Assembly (NCBI GenBank): GCA_010909165.1
Contig: MU008168.1
Span: forward strand, 1 to 64,000
Direction of reading: 5' to 3'
DNA from: Anthoceros angustus
Taxonomy: Eukaryota > Plantae > Anthocerotophyta
DNA length: 64,000 nt
Shown here: positions 47,989-59,000 of the stretch, piece after piece
How positions within the stretch are numbered: position 1 is the stretch's first letter
Layout: every line of letters starts with the position of its first letter
Translations under genes and position numbers: made by a program
The notes under the pieces: generated by a model
Told to the model about the DNA's origin: nothing
Database searches by the model: none
What the model saw: only the letters and a program-made list of their open reading frames with translations

Positions 47989-50900
47989 CTAATCCCCAAC
48001 CAAAAAACTATGCACCAGTCCGTCCATGTCTGTCCACCAGCTCTGACCCGGCTGCTTCTCTGCCCCGACCCTTTTTCTCCTCGCCTGCAACTCCTGTGCC
48101 TGCTCCCACATCTGGGCAGCCGTATATATGTTGGACATCAGCACATAAGCTGCAGCGTTTTCCTTGTCTAGCTTCACTGCCTGGTCGAAAGCATGCTGTC
48201 CCACCTCCACGCTAGTCCACTTTTGACAGGCACCTAACAGAGTGTGCCAAATTGCAGCATCAGGGACGACTGGCATAGTCTTGACCAAAGCTAGTGCTTC
48301 ATCCAGTTGACCTGCACGACCCAGAAGATCCACCATGCATGTGTAGTGCTGCACCGTGGGGTTGATGGCGTGGTCCCTGCTCATGGCATCGAAGTACTCT
48401 CGCCCCTTGCTCACTAGACCCGTGTGGCTACACACTGTTAGTACACCAAGGAAGGTGATGCCGTCTGGCTGAATGCCATCCTTTGTCATTCTGCGGACCA
48501 AGGCGAAGACCTCTTCACTGTCGCCTTGGTGGCTGTACCCTGCAATGAATGCATTCCAGGCCACAAGGTTTTTTTCAGGCAACGCATCAAACACCTGCTG
48601 TGCATCAAGCATGCTTCCACACTTTCCATACATGTTTATCAAAGTGCAGGATACAAACAAGTCCTCGGATGGAAGCCCTTGTTCTACAATCTGTGCATGT
48701 AGCTGTCTTCCCAGATGCAAAGCTGCCACATTTGCACATGCCTGCAGAAGGCACATAAGTGTCAGGGAGTCGGAGACAGCCATTCCATCTTCTTGCATAG
48801 CACTATAAAGACGAAGGGCTTCCTGGCCCATGCCCTGCTGGGCATATGACGCAATTAGAGCACTCCGTGTTGCGACACCTTTTTGAGCAAGGCCATCCAG
48901 CACACTCTTGGCATCCTGCAAGCTGCCACACTTTGCATACATGTTCACTAAACTACTGGCTAGAAAATCATCAACTTGATACCCTCCTTCTCTAATCTTT
49001 GCATGGAGATGCTTCCCCTTCTCCAAAGCTGGGGTGCCCACGGTTGCACATGCCTGTAGGGCGCACATGAATGTCACAGGATTTGGTACAGTTAAGCCAT
49101 CTTTTTCCATAGCAGCATAGACACCAAGAGCCTCCTGGCCCATGCCCTGCTGAGAATACCCTGATATCATAGCATTCCACGACACTACATCCTTTTGCCC
49201 AAGTACATCAAACACACTCTGGGCATCCTCCAGGCTGCCACACTTTGCATACATGTCAATCAAACTGCTGGCTACAAACACATCACCTAAATATCCTCGC
49301 TCTTTGATTTGAGCATGAAGCTCCTTCCCCATCTTCAGAGCTGGGGTGCCCACACTTGCACATGCATGCAGGAGGCAAGAAAATGTCACAGCGTTGGGTT
49401 CAGCAACGCCTTCTTCTTGCATAGAACCGTACAGACACAGGGCTTCTTGGGCGCTAGCCAGCTGCGAATACCCTGCTATCATGGCATTCCATGTCTCAAC
49501 ATTTTTGTGAGCCAGTCCGTCAAAGACCCTTTGAGCGCCTTCCAAGCTTCCACACTTTGCATACATGTTGACTAAGCTGCTGGCTACTATCACATCCTCT
49601 TCATGGCCTCGTTCTCGTATCTTCGCGTGAAGCTGCTTGCCCATCTCCAAAGCTTGGGTGCCCAACCTCGCGCATGCCTGTAGGAGGCACACAAATGTGA
49701 TGGAATTGGGTATAACTTTGCCCTCTTCTTGCATAGCCCTGTAGAGGCGAAGGGCTTCCTGGCCCATGCCCTGCTTGGAATACCCTGAAATTAGAGCAGT
49801 ACGAGTCACAACATCTCGTTGACCAAGTCTGTCAAACGCTTTCTGTGCATCCTCCAAGCTGCCACATTTTCCATACATGTTCACCAAGCTGCTGGCTACA
49901 AACGCATCAGCTTCGTATCCTTGTTCACTAAATTGTGTATGAAGATGCATCCCCATCTCCAACGCTGGGGAGCCCACACTCGCACATGCCTGCAAGAGGC
50001 ACCCAAATGTCACAGAATTGGGTACAGCCATGCCTTCTTGTTGCATTGCCCTGTAAAGATGAAGGGCTTCATGGCCCATGCCTTGCTGGGAATACGCTGC
50101 AATTAAAGCAGTCCATGTGACCACATCTTTCTGAACCAGCGCATCAAACACTCTTCGGGCATCTTCCAAGCTGCCACACTTTGCATACATATTCACCAAA
50201 CTGCTGCCTACGAACACATCAGCTTGGTGTCCTCGGTCGCTAATTTGTGCATGAAGCTGCTTTCCCCTCTCCAAAGCTGCTGTGCCCACACTTGCACACG
50301 CCTGCAGGAGGCATGCAAACGTCTCGGAATTGGGTACAGCCATACCCTCTTCCTGCATAACACTGTAGAGATAAAGGGCTTCCTGGCCCCTGCCCTGTTG
50401 GGAATATCCTGCAAGTAGAGCAGTCCATGTCACCACATCCTTTTCTCCAAGTCCGTCAAACACAATCTTGGCATCATCTAGGCTGCCACACTTTGCGTAC
50501 ATGTTCACCAAACTGTTGGCAACAAACACATCCGCTTCTAGTCCGCGGTCTCTGATTTGGGCATGAAATTGGTTCCCCATATCCAAAGCTGGGATACCCA
50601 CACTTGCACATGCCTGCAGGAGGCACACAAATGTCGCAGAATTGGGCATGCTGATGCCTTCTTCTTCCATCACACTGTAGACACGTAGGGCTTCCTGGCC
50701 CATGCCCTGCTGGGAATACCCTGCTATCATGGAATTCCACGTCACCACATCCTTCTTCAGAAGTCCATCAAACACTCTTTGTGCATCTTTCAAGCTCCCA
50801 CACTTAGCATACATGTTGAGTAGACTGCCGGCAACAAACATGTCAGCTCCGTGTCCTCGTTCTTCGATTTGTGTATGAATGTGCTTCCCCATCTCCAAAG

Positions 50901-52311
50901 CTAGGCTGCCTACACTAGCACATGCCTGCAGGAGGCACACAAATGTCACAGAGTTGGGTATACTGATGGCTTCTTCTTGCATAGCCCTGTAGAGATGAAG
51001 GGCTTCTTGGCCCCTGTCTTGCTGGGAATACCCCGCAATCAGAGCAGTCCATGTCACCACATCTTTGTGAGCAAGTCCGTCAAACACGTTTTGAGCGTCT
51101 TCCAAGCTGCCACACTTGGCATACATGTTGACCAAACTGTTGGCCACAGATGCGTCAACGTGGAGTCCACGAGCTCTAATTTGCGCATGAAGCTGCTTTC
51201 CTTTCTCCAAAGCCAATGGACCCACACTTGCACATGCCTGGAGAAGGCACAAAAAAGTCACAGAATTGGGTACGGCAATGCCTTCTGCTTGCATATCCCC
51301 GAAGAGAAGAAGGGCTTCCTGCCCCATGCGCTGCTGGGAATACCCTGCTATCATGGCAGTCCACGTGACCACATCCTTTTTACACAGTCCATTAAACACT
51401 CTTTGAGCCTCTTTCAAGTTGCCACACTTTGCGTACATATCCACCAAGCAACTGCTGACGTACAAATCAGGCTGGACACCACTGGCCAACACATCGGCAT
51501 GCACCTGCTGCCCAGTTTCCAAGTCCAATCCCCTTGCGCAAGCCTGAAGAGCCGCAACGAATACATGGCCATCTGCCTTCTCACTTGACCTACGCATCTG
51601 ATGATACAGTTGTATGGCCTGCTTGTCCTGTCCCTGTTTAACATGCGCAGAAATGATGGAAGACCACATGAAGGCATCCGGGTTGGCTACCGAGGTGAAC
51701 ACATCCATCGCGTCCTGCATCCTGCCATGAGAGGCATACATTCGCAGGATGTGGTTGCACAGGAACGTATCCGACTGATACCCCAACTTCACTGTCAAAG
51801 CATGGACGCGGCGACCGCAAATCAGATCCTTCTTGGCTCCACACTTCTTCAGGAGCATGTACAAAGGAGGTTTGGACACACGATAACCTGTCTGCACCAA
51901 AACTCCCAAAGCCTCCACAGCCTGAGTGAGATTGCCCTCATCACATAGCTTAGTGATGGTCTCACCCGTTGCACATTCTGCAGCCAAGGCCCTGGAGGAC
52001 TTGGAGGCTCCAGAATCCTCTTCCATCTGCATATCCAGAGCATCAGCTGGCTTGTTTAGCCATAGGAGCTCCTGGGACTCCCAACGGAAGTCACGCAAGC
52101 GCTTTGTCTTGTTATCGTTTGCCAGGGTGCTGCATCTCGCGGTTGCCTTGCTTGCCAACGGTTGGTTCCTGGAAGTCAGCCGATCGGGAGCTGGTCTGAG
52201 AATACCTGTTGGGCTTCCACTTTGTTGGGTCTCGGTCTGGATCCGTGCCCACGAACTGTGTCCCAATAACGCGTCCAGTTGTGACTCAATTGCAATTCTC
52301 CAGACAGGCAT
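47989..52311 (-). CDS. PPR-3: PLS-class PPR, ~1440 aa, E1/E2 and PG(WW) box, stops at HSFLVGD*
   Basis: Single long ORF; ATG at 52311 (the ORF-track start at 52332 is GTG); about 11 PLS triplets. Confidence 0.93.
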   Translation of the reverse strand: MPVWRIAIESQLDALLGHSSWARIQTETQQSGSPTGILRPAPDRLTSRNQPLASKATARCSTLANDNKTKRLRDFRWESQELLWLNKPADALDMQMEEDSGASKSSRALAAECATGETITKLCDEGNLTQAVEALGVLVQTGYRVSKPPLYMLLKKCGAKKDLICGRRVHALTVKLGYQSDTFLCNHILRMYASHGRMQDAMDVFTSVANPDAFMWSSIISAHVKQGQDKQAIQLYHQMRRSSEKADGHVFVAALQACARGLDLETGQQVHADVLASGVQPDLYVSSCLVDMYAKCGNLKEAQRVFNGLCKKDVVTWTAMIAGYSQQRMGQEALLLFGDMQAEGIAVPNSVTFLCLLQACASVGPLALEKGKQLHAQIRARGLHVDASVANSLVNMYAKCGSLEDAQNVFDGLAHKDVVTWTALIAGYSQQDRGQEALHLYRAMQEEAISIPNSVTFVCLLQACASVGSLALEMGKHIHTQIEERGHGADMFVAGSLLNMYAKCGSLKDAQRVFDGLLKKDVVTWNSMIAGYSQQGMGQEALRVYSVMEEEGISMPNSATFVCLLQACASVGIPALDMGNQFHAQIRDRGLEADVFVANSLVNMYAKCGSLDDAKIVFDGLGEKDVVTWTALLAGYSQQGRGQEALYLYSVMQEEGMAVPNSETFACLLQACASVGTAALERGKQLHAQISDRGHQADVFVGSSLVNMYAKCGSLEDARRVFDALVQKDVVTWTALIAAYSQQGMGHEALHLYRAMQQEGMAVPNSVTFGCLLQACASVGSPALEMGMHLHTQFSEQGYEADAFVASSLVNMYGKCGSLEDAQKAFDRLGQRDVVTRTALISGYSKQGMGQEALRLYRAMQEEGKVIPNSITFVCLLQACARLGTQALEMGKQLHAKIRERGHEEDVIVASSLVNMYAKCGSLEGAQRVFDGLAHKNVETWNAMIAGYSQLASAQEALCLYGSMQEEGVAEPNAVTFSCLLHACASVGTPALKMGKELHAQIKERGYLGDVFVASSLIDMYAKCGSLEDAQSVFDVLGQKDVVSWNAMISGYSQQGMGQEALGVYAAMEKDGLTVPNPVTFMCALQACATVGTPALEKGKHLHAKIREGGYQVDDFLASSLVNMYAKCGSLQDAKSVLDGLAQKGVATRSALIASYAQQGMGQEALRLYSAMQEDGMAVSDSLTLMCLLQACANVAALHLGRQLHAQIVEQGLPSEDLFVSCTLINMYGKCGSMLDAQQVFDALPEKNLVAWNAFIAGYSHQGDSEEVFALVRRMTKDGIQPDGITFLGVLTVCSHTGLVSKGREYFDAMSRDHAINPTVQHYTCMVDLLGRAGQLDEALALVKTMPVVPDAAIWHTLLGACQKWTSVEVGQHAFDQAVKLDKENAAAYVLMSNIYTAAQMWEQAQELQARRKRVGAEKQPGQSWWTDMDGLVHSFLVGD

Positions 52312-52649
52312 AGCACACCTGTCGTTGAACACTACATGGAATACTACTACGGCAGAAGGTTTGCCGACAGAAGGACCCGGCCACGCCCGACCTGCTGGTC
52401 ATGACAACACCTCACAACAGCAGCATGTCTGATGGAAAAGAGCATGTTATCGCGAAGTTCAGGCTCAATCCACAATATTGAGCTCTCTCTGAAATGTTTT
52501 CAAGTACGTTGACAACATGAAGTCTGTCGGTGCAGGGTAGGAGTTGTGATAGAGCGTGCGTTCGGATTGTGGGTGACTGGCTTGGCGATTCTGCTAGCCG
52601 ATATTCGGGTGCTACGGAACATCGTGATTCCGAAGACGATCTGGCTGAA

Positions 52650-53110
52650 CTGTCTGGGCTTCACATTCACCAAACTGTTCAGCCATCTCCAATGCTGTTG
52701 ACTGCGATCACATTAGCTTCATGGCCTCGTTTTTCAAACTTTGTATGAAGATGCTCCCCCGTCTCCAAAACTCGGGTGCTCAGATTCACGCATGCTTTTA
52801 CTGTGCTTCAGTCTTACGAAATTGGTACAGCCACATTCTCTTCTTACATTGCCCTTGCATAGCCCTGCATAGATTTTCGTGCAAGCTGCTTCCTGGCTCA
52901 CGCCGTGCTGGGAGCACCCTGCAAAGTAAATGTCACATCTTCTTTTCGACCAAGTCCGTCAAACACTTGTGTGTGCATCCTCTAAATCAGCGGGCACTCT
53001 TTGCATATGGTACATGTTCACCCAACTATGTATGCACGCACACTTTGCATACGGTACATGTTCACCCAACTATGTCTGCACAGATATGTACTGGCTACAA
53101 ATGCATGACC
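52650..53110 (-). pseudogene. Highly decayed PPR remnant between divergent PPR-3 and PPR-4
   Basis: Recognisable PPR nucleotide blocks (CACATTCACCAAACTG, CCAAGTCCGTCAAACAC, CACTTTGCATA..ACATGTTCACC) with no open frame. Confidence 0.7.
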
Positions 53111-53351
53111 TCCGTGCCCAGGATCCTAAGCAGTCGGAAGTCTTATATCCACGGGCTCGCAGAGTCGAAGGTACTAAGGAGTCACAGAATTCCAGAATGC
53201 GTACTGCAAACTTCAGAAATTCAGGACACATAAGAGAGCAACAACGGTAGGAAGAGATACAAGAGAGACATCGCCGAAAGCACTCGTTTGGCCTTTCACC
53301 GAAGAAAGTGAGCCATGTTTGTGTGGGCTCAGCCTTTGCCCAGTGCGAGCC

Positions 53352-56300
53352 ATGGCTGTCGCATGCATTGCAGCTGAGTCGCACAAAGGGCAACAAGACT
53401 CACTGCGGGGACAATTTTTGTGGACCCAGCATAGTGGTTGGTTCACAAGTCATGTAGGCAGAGCTCCCGCTCGCTTGCCTTCAAGGAACCCACCTTCCGC
53501 AGCCAAAGAAGCCGCCAGGTCCAGCACCTTCCCAAATGACCCTGACCGGCTCAAATCGGGTCATCGTCAGGAGCGCTCGTGGCGACAAATTTGTCTGGAC
53601 GCCACATTTTGTTGCTACAACAGTCAAAATCAGAAGAGCAATGCCTTCCGGCAGAGACAGTATCTGTGCGACCCAGCCTGGGCGGCGCAGCCTGTGGCTC
53701 TGGATGTGGAGATGGGTCGTGGTCCCTCCGAATCCAACTGGAGCTGGCCGGATGATCCTGGCCCTCACAGGCCTGCAGGATACGAAAAGGGCGTGACGAC
53801 TGACGCGGTGAGCAAGCTATGTCATGAGGGCCGTCACGCAGAGGCTGTAGAGGCACTGGGCATTCTGGTGCAGAAAGATTGTTGCATTTTGCAGTCTATG
53901 TTTTACAGTGTCCTGAAGACATGTGTAGCCAAGAAGGATCTTGTTCGAGGTCGCCGTGTCCATGCCTTCACGGTGAAAATGGGATATCAGTCGGATACGT
54001 TCCTGTGCAATCACATCCTGCGAATGTATGTTTCTCATGGCAGGTTGCTAGACGCAATGGATGTCTTCACCGCGGTTGCGGAACCAGATATGTTCCTTTG
54101 GTCTTCCATAATTTCTGCACATGTTAAGCACGGGCAATACAAGCAGGCTATACAACTGTATCACCTGATGCGCATGTCAAAGACGAAGCCCGACGGCCAC
54201 GTATTTGTGGCAGCGATTCAGGCTTGTGCAAGGGGATCGGACTTGACAACGGGAATGGAGCTGCATGCTCATGTGTTGGCCAGTGGCGTGGAGCCTGATT
54301 TGTTTATTTCTAGTTGCTTGGTTGACATGTATGCCAAGTGTGGCAGCTTGCAGGATGCACAACGAGTGTTTGACGAACTTGGTCAGAAAAATGTGGTAAC
54401 GTGGAATTCCATGATAGCAGGATATGCCCAGCACGGCATGGGGCAGGAAGCCCTTCGTCTGTACAGTGCAATGCAAGAGGACGACATGGCAATACCTGAT
54501 TCCGTGACATTTAGGTGCCTTCTACAGGCATGTGCAAGTTTAGGCAAAACCTCTTTAGAGAGAGGAAAGGAGCTTCATGAGCAAATTAAAGAACGAGGAC
54601 ATGAAGATGACATGTTTGTAGCCAGCAGTTTGGTGAACATGTATGCAAAGTGTGGCTGCTTGGAAGACGCACGGAGAGTGTTTGACGGACTTGGTCACAA
54701 AGATGTGGTGATGTGGAATGCCATGATAGGAGGATATTCCCAGCAGGGCATGGGGCAGGAAGCCCTTCGTCTCTTCAATGTCATGCAAGAAGACGGCATG
54801 GCTGTACCTAATTCAGTAACGCTTTTGTCACTCCTGCAGGCATGTGCAAGTGTAGGGACCTCAGCTTTAGAGAAGGGAAAGCAGCTTCATGTGCAGATTA
54901 AAGAAGAAGGAAAGGAAGCCAATGTGCTTCTAGCTAATAGTTTGGTCAACATGTATGCAAAGTGTGGCAGCCTAGAGGATGCGCAGACAATATTTGATGG
55001 ACTTGGACAAAAAGATGTGGTCACGTGGAATGCCCTGATAGCAGGATACTCCCAACAGGGCATGAGCGAGGAAGCCCTTCGTCTTCACACTGCTATGCAA
55101 GAAGAAGCAATGACTGTACCCGACTCTGTGACATTTGTCTGCCTCCTGCAAGCCTGTGCAAGTGTGGGTCCCCTGGCGTTGGAGAAGGGGAAGCAGCTCC
55201 ATACACAGATTAGAGAAAGAGGACTCCATACTGATGTGTTTACAGCAAACAGTTTGGTGAATATGTACGCAAAGTGCGGCTGCTTGGAGTACGCTGAAAG
55301 AGTGTTCGGTAGGCTTGCTCAAAAGGACGTTGTGACATGGAATTCAATGATTGCAGTGTACTCCCAGAAGGGCATGTGCCAGGAAGCTCTTTGTCTATAC
55401 AGCGCCATGCAAGAAGAAGGAAAGGCTGTGCCCAACTCTGTCACTTTTGTGTGCCTTCTGCAGGCATGTGCAAGTCTTGGCACCACAGCACTTGAGAAGG
55501 GAAAGCAGCTTCATTTTGAAATCAGAGAACAAGGACATGAAGCTGATGCAAATGTTGCCAACAGTTTGGTAAACATGTACGCAAAGTGTGGCAGCTTGAA
55601 AGACGCTCAGAGAGTGTTTGATGGAATTAGTCAAAAAGATGTCGTCACATGGACGGCTCTTATAGCTGGATATTCCCAGCAAGGCATGGGCCAGGAAGCT
55701 CTTGGTCTTTACGGTGATATGCAACGAGAAAACGTAATTTTAGCCGATTCTGTGACAATCGTATGCCTCCTGCAGGCATGTGCAAGTATCGGTATCCCTG
55801 CTTTGGAGATGGGCCGGCAGCTTTATGTGTTAAGCAGAGAACGTGGACATCTAACTGATGCATTTGTAGCATCCAGTTTGATAAACATGTTTGCAAAGTG
55901 TGGGAGCCTAAAGGATGCCCAGAAAGTGTTTGACAGACTTGGTCAAAAAGACATGGTGGCATGGAATGCCATGATAGCAGGGTATTCCCAGCAGGGTATG
56001 GGCCAAGAAGCCCTTAGCCTTTACAGTGCTATGCAGCAAGAAGGCATGGCTGTACCCAACTCTGTGACATTTGTGTGCCTCCTGCAGGCCTGTGCAAGTC
56101 TTGGCACCACAGCACTTGAGAAGGAAAGCAGCTTCATTTTGAAATCAGAGAACAAGGACATGAAGCTGATGCAAATGTTGCCAACAGTTTGGTAAACATG
56201 TACGCAAAGTGTGGCAGCTTGAAAGACGCTCAGAGAGTGTTTGATGGAATTAGTCAAAAGATGTCGTCACATGGACGGCTCTTATAGCTGGATATTCCCA

Positions 56301-58425
56301 GCAAGGCATGGGCCAGGAAGCTCTTGGTCTTTACGGTGATATGCAACGAGAAAACGTAATTTTAGCCGATTCTGTGACAATCGTATGCCTCCTGCAGGCA
56401 TGTGCAAGTATCGGTATCCCTGCTTTGGAGATGGGCCGGCAGCTTTATGTGTTAAGCAGAGAACGTGGACATCTAACTGATGCATTTGTAGCATCCAGTT
56501 TGATAAACATGTTTGCAAAGTGTGGGAGCCTAAAGGATGCCCAGAAAGTGTTTGACAGACTTGGTCAAAAAGACATGGTGGCATGGAATGCCATGATAGC
56601 AGGGTATTCCCAGCAGGGTATGGGCCAAGAAGCCCTTAGCCTTTACAGTGCTATGCAGCAAGAAGGCATGGCTGTACCCAACTCTGTGACATTTGTGTGC
56701 CTCCTGCAGGCCTGTGCAAGTTTGGGCGCCCCAGCATTCGAAATGGGGAAGCTGCTCCATAGAACAATTAGAGAACAAGGACTCCAAGCTGATGACTTTG
56801 TAAGCAGCAGTTTGGTAAATATGTATGCAAAGTGTGGCAGCTTGGAAGATGCCCAAACAGTGTTCAAAGGACTTGATGAAAAAGATGTAGTGACGTGGAA
56901 TGCCATGATTGCAGGGTATTCCCAGCATGGGAAGGGCCAGGAAGCCCTGCGTCTTTATAGCACAATGCAAGAAGAGGGCCTCACTGTAGCCAATGCTGTT
57001 ACGTTTGTGTGCCTCTTGCAGGCATGTGCAAGTGTTGGCACACCAGCTTTGGAAATAGGGAGGGAGGTGCATAGACAAATTCTAGAACGTGGCCTCCTGG
57101 CTGATGGCTTTGTTGCCAGTAGTTTGGTGCACATGTATACAAAGTGTGGCAGCTTCAAAGGGGCCCAGAGAGTGTTTGATGGGCTGAGTCAAAAGGATGT
57201 TGCCACATGGAATGCTATGATAGCAGGCTGTTCCCAGCATGGCATGGGACAGGAAGCTCTTCATCTCTTTCGTGTCATGCAAGAAGAAGGCAGGGCTGTA
57301 CCCAATTCCAGTACGTTTGTGTGCCTCCTACAGGCATGTGCAACTGTGGGCGGCTTAGCTTTGGGAACGGGAAGGCTGCTTCATGCTCAGATTAAGGAAC
57401 TAGGAGTTGACACCGATGTGTTTGTAGCGAATAGTTTGGTACACATGTATGCCAAGTGTGGCAGCCTACAGGCTGCTCACAGAGTGTTTAACGGACTAGG
57501 TCAAAAGGATGTGGTGACCTGGAATATCATGATAGCAGGGTATTGCCAGGAGGGCATCGTCCAAGAAGCTCTTCTTCTCTACAGTGCTATGCAGGAAGAA
57601 GGAACGGTTGTAGCCGATTCTGTGACATATGTGTGCCTCCTGCAGGCTTGTGCAAATGTGGCAGCCTTGCATGTGGGAAGGCAGCTGCATGCACAGCTCG
57701 AAGAAGAAGGGCTCCAGGGTGACACATTTGTAGCCGGCAGTTTGATAAACATGTATGGGAGGTCAGGGAGCATGGATGGTGCACAGCAAGTCTTTGATGC
57801 ATTGCCTCAAAAAGACATTGTTGTTTGGAGTGCACTGATTGCAGGCTACACCTGTCAAGGGGACAGTGAATCGGTCTTTGACTTGGTCCAGAGAATGCAA
57901 GAGGATGGGATACAGCCAGATGGCATCACATTCCTCAGCGTATTAACGGCATGCAGTCATGCGGGTCTACTGAACAAGGGGAGGCTGTACTTTGAGGCCA
58001 TGAGCAGGCAATACGGCATCACTCCCACAGTGGAGCACTACAGCTGCATGGTGGATCTCCTGGGCCGTGCAGGCCAACTGGATGCAGCACTAGCTATGGT
58101 AAGGATCATGCCTTTGCAGCCTAACGCTGCAGTTTGGCACACTCTGTTGGGTGCTTGTCGAAAGTGGAGCAATGTCGCGGTGGGGTGCATTGCTCTGAAC
58201 GAAGCTGTGAATCTAGACAACAAAGATGCGGCAGCATATGTGTTAATGTCAAACATATACACAACGGCCCAGATGTGGGAGCAGGCGCAGGAGATGCAGG
58301 CCAGGAGAAAAAGGATTAGTGCGTATAAGCAACCTGGTCAATGCTGGTGGGCTGACATGGACGGACAAGTGCACAACTTCTTGGTTGGAGAGCATCTTAG
58401 GATTGAAGCAAGGCTAAAACAATGA
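53352..58425 (+). CDS. PPR-4: PLS-class PPR with E1/E2 and PG(WW) box, no DYW. Split here by an internal duplication; ~1483 aa if collapsed
   Basis: ORFs 53319-56195 and 56308-58425; ATG at 53352; ends YKQPGQCWWADMDGQVHNFLVGEHLRIEARLKQ*. Confidence 0.9.
55476..56721. repeat. Tandem duplication of two PLS triplets inside PPR-4 (624 + 622 bp)
   Basis: TGTGCAAGT junction. The second copy differs by GGG>GG (~56124) and AAAAA>AAAA (~56258), causing the frameshifts. Confidence 0.92.
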
Positions 58426-59000
58426 TAGTAAGATCTAAACTAGGATCCTTACCCATATTGGATTCAAATTAGGAGCGTATAACGACACAGGACTCCATGA
58501 AGGTCACAAGAACAAAAAGAAGAATGTTATTGAAGTCCTCCAAGGACGGAAATCATGGGACTTGGTACTTGACAACTTATATCATGGTGTGCCTAAGCTC
58601 CTTGCACCAAGGGCATCCATTCCCTTTAGGCCCCCCATCTAGGTATCGATTTAAGTTCAGGATGCTTAATCACGATGCTCTTATATGTCCATTGGGCCTA
58701 AGCCATTTTTACAAGATTTCACTCTGTACTTCATGTTTATCCTAAGATTAATAAAAATAATTATTCTGTATTGAACACAAAAATAAAGATACTTCCACGA
58801 TACTTACGATGGTGTGGCTTGATTTCATTTATGTCATACTTTTTTTACCACATTTTATCGCCAGCCTACTCACTTTTGGGTGGGTCGTCATAAATACACT
58901 TCTTCTGGTGACAGTGCGGTGACTGTATTTCTGTTCTCTGTTTCCAATTTGCTCGTGAGTCGAAGTCCGGGATTTTCCTCATTTTGGCAAAAGACCTGCT

